Shown one piece after another: positions 31,444 to 41,177 of a DNA stretch of 57,421 nucleotides (position 1 is its first letter; every line of letters begins with the position of its first letter). The DNA is from a virus (taxonomy: Duplodnaviria > Caudoviricetes), in the IMG/VR virus record IMGVR_UViG_3300030202_000014, positions 1 through 57,421 of that record; one strand, 5' to 3'. Made by a program: the position numbers and the translations under genes. The notes under the pieces were generated by a model, which ran no database searches, was not told the DNA's origin, and saw only the letters and a list, made by a program, of their open reading frames with translations.

Positions 31444-31587
31444 TTCTGGTATTGTCCAAGGATAACATGGAACGATACTCTGTTTACAGTACTTTGCGTT
31501 GTCCACCAGTAGAACTGGCAATACACAGATAACAAAGAAACAAAATAAGAAAGGCCATATCAAACCTTTTGTGCTACAAAAATTCAT
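31441..31587 (-). CDS. Small membrane protein (48 aa)
   Basis: Manual translation MNFCSTKGLIWPFLFCFFVICVLPVLLVDNAKYCKQSIVPCYPWTIPE. Confidence 0.45.
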   Translation of the reverse strand: MNFCSTKGLIWPFLFCFFVICVLPVLLVDNAKYCKQSIVPCYPWTIPE

Positions 31588-31663
31588 TTATAGTTTCTCG
31601 TGAATACCCATATTGCTCCTGCAATAATACAAAACAATATGAACATTGCCATATAAATATCAC

Positions 31664-32026
31664 TCATCGTTTATCACCACTTCCTTGTATAACTCCTCTA
31701 AGCTTTCTGTCATGTAACTTTCGTAGGTTATTCTTTGCGAGGTCTTTCATGTCCACATTCAAGTCACGACACAGTGCAGCAATGTACCACAAGCAATCCC
31801 CCACCTCATCTGCTATAGCTTCACGGTTGAAGTTACCATCACGTAGTATCTTCTTTACTTTGTTTGCCACCTCACCTGCCTCTGCTGCCAAGCCCAGTGC
31901 AGGATAGATTACTGCATGTTCTGCCTTGTACACAGCAGTGTCTGATGCCATGTCTTGATATGACTTAAAGTCTACATTCTCATATTTATGCTCCATATAT
32001 TTTCTAGCCTCTTGCTCTAGCTTCAT
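31664..32026 (-). CDS. mazG: MazG-like NTP pyrophosphohydrolase
   Basis: LGLAAEAGEVANKVKK...DEVGDCLWY. Confidence 0.9.
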   Translation of the reverse strand: MKLEQEARKYMEHKYENVDFKSYQDMASDTAVYKAEHAVIYPALGLAAEAGEVANKVKKILRDGNFNREAIADEVGDCLWYIAALCRDLNVDMKDLAKNNLRKLHDRKLRGVIQGSGDKR

Positions 32027-32231
32027 GTTGTTTTACCTTTTTTAACTGCTCAAAATAGGCTTTGTTAAATCCCCTATTCCATTCACGATGTTGCATCGTG
32101 TCTTTGTGAAAAGGATTACCCACCCTTCCACGTCTAAAGTCTCCGTATCCTTGTTCGAACTGAAACTTTAATGGTGCATCATATTTTCCAAGGCCACGTT
32201 CCTTACGAGTTTTCTTTTGTGTATATGGCAT
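32004..32231 (-). CDS. Hypothetical protein
   Basis: AAGGAG RBS; EQGY...NPF...EWNRGF motif. Confidence 0.65.
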   Translation of the reverse strand: MPYTQKKTRKERGLGKYDAPLKFQFEQGYGDFRRGRVGNPFHKDTMQHREWNRGFNKAYFEQLKKVKQHEARARG

Positions 32232-32243
32232 ATGATATTCTCC

Positions 32244-32717
32244 TTACGCTAAGTTAATTAATTCTGCTTCTGTGTATGGAATGTGAAAAAAATATTCTTT
32301 ACGTCTAGCATTGGCTAACCATATCTCCTTTGCACACTCTTCTGTAAGTTGATAGTCCTTGATTCTCCATGCTTGCTTACAGTCATGACGTATCACGTAG
32401 AAGTTGCAGTACGTCTTGTCACCTTGTACTTCCTTGTACTTATTAATCAGTCTGTACTTGCGGTATGGTATGCGTATCTCTGTCCACTTAGGATTCCAAT
32501 CGCCTGTCCATTGGTTCTTCATTTCTACTTCAATGTAATACATACCGTCATTCTTCTCACTCTTTATGTCAAACGAGAAGTCTTCTTCTGTATCAAGAAT
32601 GTTGTGTCCATTGCTAACTAAATAATCTGTTATTACTGTCTTAGCTTTACTGTCATTCTCTGCGTATGACTGAGGTTGAAATCTTCTGTAATATGATCCT
32701 TTGATTGGTTGTAACAT
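32244..32717 (-). CDS. PD-(D/E)XK-like nuclease-fold protein
   Basis: FDI...YIEVEMK motif. Confidence 0.55.
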   Translation of the reverse strand: MLQPIKGSYYRRFQPQSYAENDSKAKTVITDYLVSNGHNILDTEEDFSFDIKSEKNDGMYYIEVEMKNQWTGDWNPKWTEIRIPYRKYRLINKYKEVQGDKTYCNFYVIRHDCKQAWRIKDYQLTEECAKEIWLANARRKEYFFHIPYTEAELINLA

Positions 32718-32727
32718 GATACTCTCC

Positions 32728-34626
32728 TTATGTTAAATCTACAATTTCACAGACATCGCCAGAGCAAGCCATTGTCTGCATAGCTACGGTGTTATCTTCC
32801 TGTTCGTACTCTGATAGAGCATCCCAGTTGATTTGTTTTGGCATTGATTTAAGTAATGCCTTATATTCATCTCGTGTGCAATCCTGATATGGTGCTTGCT
32901 GATAAGTATGATCAGAGTGTGGTAAGAATGACACACCTGACATCTCATCAAAATGTTCGTACACAAATGCACCAACAGTCAACCACTCATCATCTCGCAC
33001 AGAGATAGTCACTGATGGTTTGTGTTCACACCAGTAACGTTGATACGTAAGCCACATCTCTAGTTGTTCTATGGCTGTCATATCATTACGTGTTACAGCC
33101 CTGTTAGGTGACATTACAGGAAAGCTGAACACGGTAGTCGTGTCACCCTTGAACACACATGGTTCATTTGGTATTCCCTGATCTATCATAAACTGTGTGA
33201 GTGGGTCTTTATTATCACCACGTACAGTACGTATGTAGTAGGGGGAATGTCTTGCATGAATACCACTGGCTGAGTCTACAAGCTGCGACACAGTGCCTGA
33301 TGGTTTAACACAGGTGATAGATACAGAAGCATTGATCTTCAGTCTCTCTGCCCATTCTGCGTTTGTCTGTACTGCAACCTCACGTAACTGAGACAGTGTG
33401 CTTTCAAGACCTTTGTTCTTCATAGTCATCAGTGGGTTGTCCATTATTCCTGTGAGCGACACACCCAACAGTCGTTCTTCTTCGGTATTTCGTTGCCACA
33501 CTTTTCGCAGATATGGGAACTTAGTGAAGGAAGACTGAATAGTGCCAAGAATCGTTGCCAACTTGACCTTACGTGCAAGGCTATCATAAGTATCTGTAGC
33601 CCTAACCACGACTTCAGTAAGATTACAGAACTGATACGGTCTAAGAATAATCTCGCTGCAAGGATTAGTTCCAAACTCATGTTCTGGATCACGCCTACCA
33701 TACTTTGCAGCTTGTTTTTTAGATGCTTCACGGTTGAATACTCCTCTTTCACCTGACTTACTTTCCACAAGAGATAGCCACTCACGCATGAATGTTTCAA
33801 TATCAGGCTTCTCTGTGTAAGAAACTGAGTTGTTCGCCAATGCTCTGTGTGCAGCAGTCTCCCACCACTGTCCTGACTTAGCATGACGCATACGATCATC
33901 ACTTAGGTTAGACAAAGAAATCATTGCTGACCTACGTACACCACCTACAACTACTATCTGTCCAATAAAACACATCAAGTCATGGCATTCCATAGATGTT
34001 AGCCTACGGCCTTGTGCATTTTTAAATGTCTGAACTGAGAAATTAAATAGTTCAACTAATGGAGCAGGTCCACTAGCACGTCCACCGAATGTCTTGAGTC
34101 TTGCACCTGCAGGACGTACCTGAGAGACATCCCACTTGGGAATCTCACCTGCCCATAGGAGTGCTAACAATTGCCTGAACGCTTTCGCCCACCCCTCTTT
34201 ACTGTCTTTGACAACGATAGTAGTGTCGCTGACGAACAATTCAGGAACTTCAGGAAGTTTTTGGACGAACTGTCGTTCCACACTGAAGCCGACACCAGTA
34301 CCACAGAGCAAGATGAACATGGCCTCATCAAAAGATTTAGGATCGTCAACTGGTAAATAGCTACAGTTGTATCCTGCCGTATTGTCTCGCTCCAATGCAG
34401 GTCCACTGGTCATCATGGCTCTCATGCTTGGCATAATCTCCAAGTCTAGGATTGCATCACGTATCTCATTGATGTACGTGTCACTACCTGCAACCTTACG
34501 AACTACATTATCCATGTATCGTTCTACTGTTTCTCCCCAGTTTTCACGCCCTTTGCCATCAAAGTATTTTGCATAACGTGATTTATGTATAAATGACTGA
34601 TAGTCAGTCGGTAAATAATTACTCAT
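32728..34626 (-). CDS. nrdJ: Class II (adenosylcobalamin-dependent) ribonucleotide reductase
   Basis: NCSY, GTNPCSEI, VKPSGTVSQL, C-terminal ACSGDVCE; no beta subunit gene nearby. Confidence 0.9.
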   Translation of the reverse strand: MSNYLPTDYQSFIHKSRYAKYFDGKGRENWGETVERYMDNVVRKVAGSDTYINEIRDAILDLEIMPSMRAMMTSGPALERDNTAGYNCSYLPVDDPKSFDEAMFILLCGTGVGFSVERQFVQKLPEVPELFVSDTTIVVKDSKEGWAKAFRQLLALLWAGEIPKWDVSQVRPAGARLKTFGGRASGPAPLVELFNFSVQTFKNAQGRRLTSMECHDLMCFIGQIVVVGGVRRSAMISLSNLSDDRMRHAKSGQWWETAAHRALANNSVSYTEKPDIETFMREWLSLVESKSGERGVFNREASKKQAAKYGRRDPEHEFGTNPCSEIILRPYQFCNLTEVVVRATDTYDSLARKVKLATILGTIQSSFTKFPYLRKVWQRNTEEERLLGVSLTGIMDNPLMTMKNKGLESTLSQLREVAVQTNAEWAERLKINASVSITCVKPSGTVSQLVDSASGIHARHSPYYIRTVRGDNKDPLTQFMIDQGIPNEPCVFKGDTTTVFSFPVMSPNRAVTRNDMTAIEQLEMWLTYQRYWCEHKPSVTISVRDDEWLTVGAFVYEHFDEMSGVSFLPHSDHTYQQAPYQDCTRDEYKALLKSMPKQINWDALSEYEQEDNTVAMQTMACSGDVCEIVDLT

Positions 34627-34629
34627 TGT

Positions 34630-34788
34630 TTACTCCGTTAATATGTTTATTGCTTTAATCATCATTCCATCTATGTCGTAGATAAATTCTTGTAGAGTTT
34701 CATTTACCTCTTCTTTTATTTGACCATCGACAGGAACAGGATATTCATCTTCGTCTACTTGTAAAGTCAAGAACACTTTGATCTGCAT
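34630..34788 (-). CDS. Hypothetical protein (52 aa)
   Basis: Manual translation MQIKVFLTLQVDEDEYPVPVDG...; GAGGT RBS. Confidence 0.6.
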   Translation of the reverse strand: MQIKVFLTLQVDEDEYPVPVDGQIKEEVNETLQEFIYDIDGMMIKAINILTE

Positions 34789-34993
34789 CGTTTACCTCTA
34801 TTAGTTTATTCAGATACCATTGAGCTTTCTTTAAATCCTCAATGCCGTTTTTATAACGGTAACGCCACAAGTATTTTATTATGTTACCCTGTAAATAATA
34901 CTCGAACCCATCACCTGTTGCTGCTTGTATGGCATCAATGCATTCAATGCCAGATTGATTATAGTGTGGTGGTTTGTTTACATTGTCTGCCAT
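34745..34993 (-). CDS. DUF3310 protein (T7 gp1.7-like nucleotide kinase family)
   Basis: VNKPPHY...ECIDAI...GNIIKYLWRY...EDLKKAQWYL. Confidence 0.85.
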   Translation of the reverse strand: MADNVNKPPHYNQSGIECIDAIQAATGDGFEYYLQGNIIKYLWRYRYKNGIEDLKKAQWYLNKLIEVNDADQSVLDFTSRRR

Positions 34994-35001
34994 GCTCTCT
35001 C

Positions 35002-35343
35002 CTATTTAGTTGCACTAAAGTCTAGTTGAATTATGTTACTACCATCTTTAATTATTTCTGGTTTCTTTCTTTCTTTCTGTTGTTTTAACACACTTGCAGT
35101 ATAGTTGTAAAGCTGATCCCTAAACTTTAAATCATCTTCCATTAACGGAATAGATGATACAGCCATATTAGTTACAATGTCTACGTGTGTGTAGTCATCT
35201 TCTTTAAGAAAATTTTCATCCATTGTTATGTAGCCTACGTTAAGTTCTCCTGTCCAGTTATCTTCTCCATCAAGTATGGGTGATATACGTATAACAAAAT
35301 CGTTAGGCTCAAAGTCTACAAATATTCTATCAGTTCCATCCAT
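35002..35343 (-). CDS. Hypothetical protein
   Basis: 113 aa ORF with RBS inside the replication operon. Confidence 0.7.
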   Translation of the reverse strand: MDGTDRIFVDFEPNDFVIRISPILDGEDNWTGELNVGYITMDENFLKEDDYTHVDIVTNMAVSSIPLMEDDLKFRDQLYNYTASVLKQQKERKKPEIIKDGSNIIQLDFSATK

Positions 35344-35344
35344 G

Positions 35345-35797
35345 CTATTTCCTTTCTATTTTCTTCAGTGGGAAAACTATTAGGTCTGGATGTTTATCTT
35401 TTCCTTTTTCCTTTAACCACTCTAACGGTACAACTCTGTCTGCGTACATAAATTTATTGCGTTCACACCAGATGCTGTAGGTTGTCTTTGCCCCTTTGCT
35501 TAACTTACGTTTGGAGCTTTCAAATACAAATCGTATATCAAGCTTGGGGTGTTGCTTCTTAATGAGCTTATGTTTCCTACGGTCATCTGATGTGAAACGA
35601 CCCTTGGTTTCAATTATAATGCCGTTTGGCAGCACAAAGTCTGGAGTGTATGTGCGATACATCAAGTCTTCCCACTCTATCTTGAGAGCCTCATACTTGA
35701 TAGGCACATTGTGTTCTACAAGATAATCTTTTACCTTTATCTCTAGCCCACTTCTGTAGCCATACTTTAATGCTGCCTGAAACTGCTTTCGATTCAC
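35345..35797 (-). CDS. Endonuclease I-like Holliday junction resolvase (T7 gp3 family)
   Basis: YRSGLE, YTPDF, IIETKGRF, LDIRFVF. Confidence 0.9.
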   Translation of the reverse strand: MNRKQFQAALKYGYRSGLEIKVKDYLVEHNVPIKYEALKIEWEDLMYRTYTPDFVLPNGIIIETKGRFTSDDRRKHKLIKKQHPKLDIRFVFESSKRKLSKGAKTTYSIWCERNKFMYADRVVPLEWLKEKGKDKHPDLIVFPLKKIERK

Positions 35798-36027
35798 TAG
35801 AACTTCCAGTGATACGATGAAGTTAAGGGTATTCCAAATGACGTAGACGGATAGCCTAAGTCTTTTAGTTCTTGTTTAATAGCATCGTCTGCTTCCTTAC
35901 GTGCTTGTACTGCTGTACGTAGTCCTGCATACTTTGCTTCTCGCAGTGCTTTCTTTTTCTCTGCAAGGTCAGCTTCCATTGCACGAATTTCATCATGCAT
36001 TTCTTTCATTTCGTCTGTACTAATCAT
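35797..36027 (-). CDS. Small coiled-coil protein
   Basis: 76 aa ORF with AAGGAG RBS. Confidence 0.65.
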   Translation of the reverse strand: MISTDEMKEMHDEIRAMEADLAEKKKALREAKYAGLRTAVQARKEADDAIKQELKDLGYPSTSFGIPLTSSYHWKF

Positions 36028-36029
36028 TA

Positions 36030-36884
36030 TTACTCCTTTAGTTCGACATACGCCACGATCTTAGGATCACGTGCTTGTGATACCTTAGATGGTAGCTCTT
36101 GCATATTAGGCCAACATGAAAAACGATAGTCACAGAACCTGCAATTATCATTCAGTACCATGTTGCCACTGGGCTTACCTCTGTAAGTCTCAGGAACAGC
36201 TTCAAAGCAACGTTCAAACTTATTCTCGTTAACTTTTTCAACTGTCTCTTTTAATTTAGTAAGTTCTTTTCGCATGTCAATAGCAGCAGGTACATATTTA
36301 AAGTCACCATTGGCTTTATTTACTACCCACCATCCACCTGCACGTTTGTCAGATGCTTTTGCATAACCTGCAAGCTGACCTACGTATCCAAATGGATCAC
36401 TCTTTTTTAGTGCGGCATATGACTCGAACTTATTGCGGTAAGACCAATCAGAAGCAGACTTTATATCATCCACTGCACCACCCATTATAAGATCATAACT
36501 ACCAGAAACCCTAGTACCATTAGAATCTCCCACATCAAGAGTAACTTGATCAGTGTCATCAAAGTCCACTTTAGCTTCTTTAAGCAAGCCTTTAAAAATT
36601 GCTTCAACTATGTCTCCTATCATCATGTTCATTACAAACGTGGATGGTTTTGGTAATGCACTCTCAGGTTTATTCTTTTCAAACCAGAGTTGACAGGTAG
36701 GACGTCCAATGTTGGACATCCGTAACCTGAACTCCTTTCGAGATTTACCACTACCAAACTGACGTATGACTGCTTCTGCCACCTCTTCACCAATTCTCTT
36801 AGCAGTTTCTTCTGAGAAGGTAGTCTTCCCATCAATTGCATCAGACATAAACTGGTGAAGTTTCAGTTCAGCAGGATGGTTCAT
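36030..36884 (-). CDS. PD-(D/E)XK (Cas4/RecB-like) exonuclease
   Basis: RMSNIGRPTC, GSYD, DDIKS, QLAGY, CRFCDYRFSC. Confidence 0.8.
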   Translation of the reverse strand: MNHPAELKLHQFMSDAIDGKTTFSEETAKRIGEEVAEAVIRQFGSGKSRKEFRLRMSNIGRPTCQLWFEKNKPESALPKPSTFVMNMMIGDIVEAIFKGLLKEAKVDFDDTDQVTLDVGDSNGTRVSGSYDLIMGGAVDDIKSASDWSYRNKFESYAALKKSDPFGYVGQLAGYAKASDKRAGGWWVVNKANGDFKYVPAAIDMRKELTKLKETVEKVNENKFERCFEAVPETYRGKPSGNMVLNDNCRFCDYRFSCWPNMQELPSKVSQARDPKIVAYVELKE

Positions 36885-37768
36885 TATGCAAAGTCCTCTT
36901 CAGTAATGTCGATGAACTCTTCCACACCTTCCTTGTCTACGTCCTCATGCTTGTGGGCATTCTCATCCCAAGCATTCGAGATATACTCGTTGTAGTTTGT
37001 CACCCATGCTAGGAAGTTACCTAGTGTTTCCTGAGTGGCATCATCCAACTCCAACGTAGTCTGCAAGTCAAGTGCAGTCTCTGGCAAATAGAAGCTGCTA
37101 CCGTTTGGTAACGACTGCTCTGCTGTAGTAGCAGTAAACGTATGCTGTGGTGGTAGCCTACGCATCTTGCCAAGTTTGGTAAACAATGCACCAATAGACT
37201 TGAACGCATCACGGTTCTCCACTTCCCAGATGAATGGTGTAGAGGATAGATCAACAGCCTTACCTGCTGCATCTACAGGGTCAATCAATTCGACAGTGCC
37301 GAACACTACACGTACACGCTTGATCTGTTTGATCAAATCTTGCATGGACTCAGGCAGTGCCTTGAAGTCCTGTATGTACCCTGCAGGTTTACCACAGTTG
37401 AACCCACCGTCATTGTCCTTGAGGTCAATGTTCAAGTTGTCAGCCATGACAGTCTTGATGTAACGGTTTGGTGTACTGTCGTTCCCTTTCACGAAACGCT
37501 TGTACATAAACCTTTGTACGAATGGGCGAATGACCACCTTAGATGCATAGTATGTAGGTCCATCAGGTATCTCCAACCTGTATGTACCACCCTCAACGAC
37601 TTCAACCTTCTTGGTCTTGCCGTTTACTTCAGCCTCACCCATGATAGGCGCATGTGATATACGCAGTCGAGCAAGCGTGGATGCTTTCTCTGTCTGCTGA
37701 TTGTCTACCGACATACCCATGAGCTTTGCCATGTCTGAGAAGTTTGTATTTATTGCGACTTGATTCAT
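36884..37768 (-). CDS. Putative ssDNA-binding/annealing protein
   Basis: Lies between polymerase and exonuclease, has an acidic C-terminal tail and its own promoter. Confidence 0.55.
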   Translation of the reverse strand: MNQVAINTNFSDMAKLMGMSVDNQQTEKASTLARLRISHAPIMGEAEVNGKTKKVEVVEGGTYRLEIPDGPTYYASKVVIRPFVQRFMYKRFVKGNDSTPNRYIKTVMADNLNIDLKDNDGGFNCGKPAGYIQDFKALPESMQDLIKQIKRVRVVFGTVELIDPVDAAGKAVDLSSTPFIWEVENRDAFKSIGALFTKLGKMRRLPPQHTFTATTAEQSLPNGSSFYLPETALDLQTTLELDDATQETLGNFLAWVTNYNEYISNAWDENAHKHEDVDKEGVEEFIDITEEDFA

Positions 37769-37799
37769 ATATAGTCTCCTTTTCTAATTTACGAATTTA

Positions 37800-37830
37800 T
37801 AGTTATATCAGGCTACGTCTTTTGTGTCAA
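37800..37830 (-). promoter_or_regulatory. Sigma70-like promoter
   Basis: Minus strand TTGACA-N17-TATAACTA overlapping the end of the polymerase gene. Confidence 0.65.
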
Positions 37831-39859
37831 GCCAATTGTCTCCAATTTTTGCTTCTAATAATAATGGTACATTGAAATCAATATTCCACTTCTTATTCAC
37901 CAAAGATGTTAGCATTTCATTAGTTCTGTTTATTACCTTGAGCACCTTTTCTGTTTCATCTGGATGAACATCAATCACGATACTGTCATGCACTGTGTTT
38001 ACAATACAAGACCACATCTGATTTACACCCATTAGCTTGTCTATGTATATCAGAGATATAGGTACAATGTCAGCAGTGGCAAACGATTGGACAGGATAAT
38101 TTTTTATCTGTGTGAAATATGTCACACCACCAAAGCGTCTACGTTGTACATCAGGGAATGAGAACTCACGTCCAGACGGTGTACGTATCTTGCCAGTGTT
38201 CAATGCTTCCTTGGCGAGAGCTTCGTGCCACTTTCCTATGCCACTGTATTTCTTTGTGAACTGCTTGTAGTATGCAGCCTCTGCTTCTGTACGTCCAAAC
38301 CCACTAGCACCGTACAGAGGTGCAAAGGTATGTGACTTAGCATCCTGACGTGAGATAGGTTGCCCTGCATCAGAGATAACTTTAGCTGTATAACTATGTA
38401 CATCAAAGCCAGTAGTCACCTCATCAATGGCAGTCTTGTCTTGTGACAGGAATGCAGCTACACGAAACTCCAACTGTGCAAAATCAGCTTCCATGATCTG
38501 TCCACCTTCCCATCGTGACTTGAACACACGCTTCACTGGGAACGTACCACCACGTGGCATGTTCTGCATGTTCGGGTCTGCCCCTGACAGTCTGCCTGTA
38601 CCTGTGCGGTGTTGTAGTAATCGTACATGTAGCCTACCATCTAGTTTGGTGTGTGTGGATATACCTTCAACAAAGCTACTCAGGTAAGTCTCTACGGCAC
38701 TTAGTCTACGCACACGCTTGAGGAATGTCTCAGCTTCAGTCATGCCCTTACTACGTGCAATGCCTTCGAGGAACACGAGGTTGTCTTTGCTAGTAGAGAA
38801 CCCACTATGGCTTACCCACTTGGCTGTAGGTGCAGAGAACTTTAACCCTGCTACCTGATTAGTATCAGTAAAAGTGTACCCCACAGTATCACACGTAGGA
38901 CATCTGTTAGGTCTAGCATACTTTGTTCCATCTTTCTTCACCTTCCATACTTTTCCACTGCCATTACACGTATCACATTGCTTGGCCTTTTGTTTGTACA
39001 ACACATCACTGCTGTTACGTACTTGATACCGATAGTCTTGGTCATCCATACGTTCATTGAACAACTCTGACCAGAACTTTTTGTCTTTGGGCTTACGGCT
39101 GTACACAACCCATGACAACTGCTCTGTGCTTGCCAGATTGATTGGGCGATCACCCATCAGTTCACGCACCTGTTCTTCTAGCTCACGTATAAGTTCTCCA
39201 CGCTCTTGCTCAAACTCTTTATGCACATTCTCTAGTTCGTCAAGGTCAACTGCAAATCCACGTTGATATATCTTGGCTAGATGTACAGCCAGTTGGTTAG
39301 TCAGCTTGACAGTATTCTGCAATGGCATGTGCTCTTCATACATGCGTAGCTTTGTATCAATGTGGTTGTACAACTCTTGTGTGGCATGTAGGTCATCGGA
39401 TAGGTAGCTACATAAGTCAAACCAATTCATGTCACGTACAGACTTACCTGACTTGAGCCACTCTTTCATTGTGTCCTGCTTCTTTGTGTCTAGCTCATAC
39501 CGTTCTGCACATGCTTCAAGTGACAGTGGTTCTTTCTGCCCACGTTGTAAGATGTATTCACCTAGCATGGTATCAAAGATTTCACCCTCATAGGTAAAGC
39601 CCGACTCCCATAGCCACACTAGATCGTGTGCAGCATTGTGCATAATAAGAAGGGAGGCTTCATCCAGTTTCAGTTGGACGATAGTCCTCCCCTCTGTCGT
39701 GGGCGTTTGCTCTGCGTGATCGAATGTTACAAGGTCTTCGTTACCAAGATCATCTAGCATCCCCACCATGACTAATGTATTCATTGGTTCGAAAGGGTCA
39801 AGGTGTAGCTTGCCGTTTCGTTTTGTCACTGTGTTCTCTACGTCAAGGGTCAGTTTCAT
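37808..39859 (-). CDS. polA: Family A DNA polymerase with DnaJ-like zinc-finger insertion
   Basis: Exo I DVE; motif A DFAQLE; motif B KSHTFAPLYG; motif C VHDS; CDTCNGSG...CPTCDTVG insert. Confidence 0.95.
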   Translation of the reverse strand: MKLTLDVENTVTKRNGKLHLDPFEPMNTLVMVGMLDDLGNEDLVTFDHAEQTPTTEGRTIVQLKLDEASLLIMHNAAHDLVWLWESGFTYEGEIFDTMLGEYILQRGQKEPLSLEACAERYELDTKKQDTMKEWLKSGKSVRDMNWFDLCSYLSDDLHATQELYNHIDTKLRMYEEHMPLQNTVKLTNQLAVHLAKIYQRGFAVDLDELENVHKEFEQERGELIRELEEQVRELMGDRPINLASTEQLSWVVYSRKPKDKKFWSELFNERMDDQDYRYQVRNSSDVLYKQKAKQCDTCNGSGKVWKVKKDGTKYARPNRCPTCDTVGYTFTDTNQVAGLKFSAPTAKWVSHSGFSTSKDNLVFLEGIARSKGMTEAETFLKRVRRLSAVETYLSSFVEGISTHTKLDGRLHVRLLQHRTGTGRLSGADPNMQNMPRGGTFPVKRVFKSRWEGGQIMEADFAQLEFRVAAFLSQDKTAIDEVTTGFDVHSYTAKVISDAGQPISRQDAKSHTFAPLYGASGFGRTEAEAAYYKQFTKKYSGIGKWHEALAKEALNTGKIRTPSGREFSFPDVQRRRFGGVTYFTQIKNYPVQSFATADIVPISLIYIDKLMGVNQMWSCIVNTVHDSIVIDVHPDETEKVLKVINRTNEMLTSLVNKKWNIDFNVPLLLEAKIGDNWLDTKDVA

Positions 39860-39867
39860 TGTGTCTC

Positions 39868-40053
39868 CTAATAGTCGGCTGTTACGGTTGCGTGTGTTGC
39901 ATCTATTACTAACTCATTTGAGTAGTAATCGTCAAGATGTTTCTCAAATTCTTTTTGGTTAGCAAACTCAGCCATAGCTCGTTTGGCTTCTTCCAGAGTT
40001 AACTTGTGGCGGTTCATTGCTGCAAGCAACTCTACTTCTTCTATGAGTGTCAT
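39868..40053 (-). CDS. Hypothetical protein
   Basis: Short ORF in the operon; start uncertain. Confidence 0.5.
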   Translation of the reverse strand: MTLIEEVELLAAMNRHKLTLEEAKRAMAEFANQKEFEKHLDDYYSNELVIDATHATVTADY

Positions 40054-40054
40054 G

Positions 40055-40321
40055 CTAACCATTGTTCATTTCCTTTCGTTCCTTTGCTCGTTGTCTTTCA
40101 TCAAAACTAAATGGCCTGATGTCATTATAAGTACTCACCTTATCGACAGACCTGTTTGTATCGAAGTCAACTATTACTCCTGTATTCCATTTACAACGTT
40201 CTTCCTCTGCATCTTTTAAATTATCAAATAGCTTTGGTTTTGGGTAATTCACAAACCCATGTGTATTCTCTGGCACATACATGATGTCACCATCCACATC
40301 AATTACTACTGCTAGTCTCAT
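40055..40321 (-). CDS. Hypothetical protein
   Basis: AAGGAG RBS before MRLAVVID. Confidence 0.6.
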   Translation of the reverse strand: MRLAVVIDVDGDIMYVPENTHGFVNYPKPKLFDNLKDAEEERCKWNTGVIVDFDTNRSVDKVSTYNDIRPFSFDERQRAKERKEMNNG

Positions 40322-40518
40322 CCCTCTCTCCTTATTACACAACTAATATCAATTACTGGATCATTAAATCCTGCTACTGAAATAACTTCTACTGCAAGCG
40401 TACTTGCATTACTGGCGTCAGTAACATACTCAGTACAATCTTTTTTATATTCAAACGTTTTGTATGGTATAACAAATGGATCACCTGCATATAAAGTTAT
40501 AAGTATAACCCAGTTCAT
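40318..40518 (-). CDS. Small two-cysteine protein
   Basis: Hydrophobic N-terminus, FxxxxxC...C. Confidence 0.6.
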   Translation of the reverse strand: MNWVILITLYAGDPFVIPYKTFEYKKDCTEYVTDASNASTLAVEVISVAGFNDPVIDISCVIRREG

Positions 40519-41177
40519 AGGTTAGCCATCAGTGCTTGCCACGATACAGGAAAAGCATTTAACATTACGTTCTCTATTTCTACTGCAACTAACTGTGTCT
40601 CTAACTGTGTGTCATCTGCACACCGTAGGCTACACATCTTAGCAAAAGCATACAAGCTACCTGACCAGTACCACTCTGTCATCATAGACTGTGGCAATAC
40701 CATACGTGCTTGCTCTGGTGCTACTCCATGATGGAGTAAAAGTTTATAGTTTTCTAACGCTCTTTTATGTACACTTCCACTTAATATATTAGGTGGAGCA
40801 GGTGGTACTACACCTTCGCTGCCTTGCTTCTTATCTGCACTACGCCCACGCCAATGTTCTGGATCATAGAACTCAGGCTCACTGTCTACATACCTACGGC
40901 TAATCTCATTCCAAGGCATGTACTCATGCTTTACAAGTTGACGTGCAACAAACACTGGTGCTTTAACATGGAAGGTAGCAAAAGCATGGTTAAATGGTGA
41001 CTTGTGATTGTGTTCAGCAAGATACTTAATTAGCTTTACATCAGCAGGTTTTAGTTCCCACTTACCTTTGATCAAGTCAGTACACTCGTACTTAGACTTC
41101 TTACCGAATGATACACGTGCAGCGTTTACTACACTAATGTCATCTCCCATATGTGATATGTATGTTACCTCAATCAT
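40515..41177 (-). CDS. thyX: Flavin-dependent thymidylate synthase
   Basis: NAARVSF, HKSPF, RQLVKH, NEISRRY, EQARMVLP. Confidence 0.93.
   Translation of the reverse strand: MIEVTYISHMGDDISVVNAARVSFGKKSKYECTDLIKGKWELKPADVKLIKYLAEHNHKSPFNHAFATFHVKAPVFVARQLVKHEYMPWNEISRRYVDSEPEFYDPEHWRGRSADKKQGSEGVVPPAPPNILSGSVHKRALENYKLLLHHGVAPEQARMVLPQSMMTEWYWSGSLYAFAKMCSLRCADDTQLETQLVAVEIENVMLNAFPVSWQALMANL

Noticed and set aside
36030-36884. Cas4-like gene as a sign of CRISPR-Cas
   Set aside because: No array or other cas genes; it is an ordinary phage exonuclease in the replication operon
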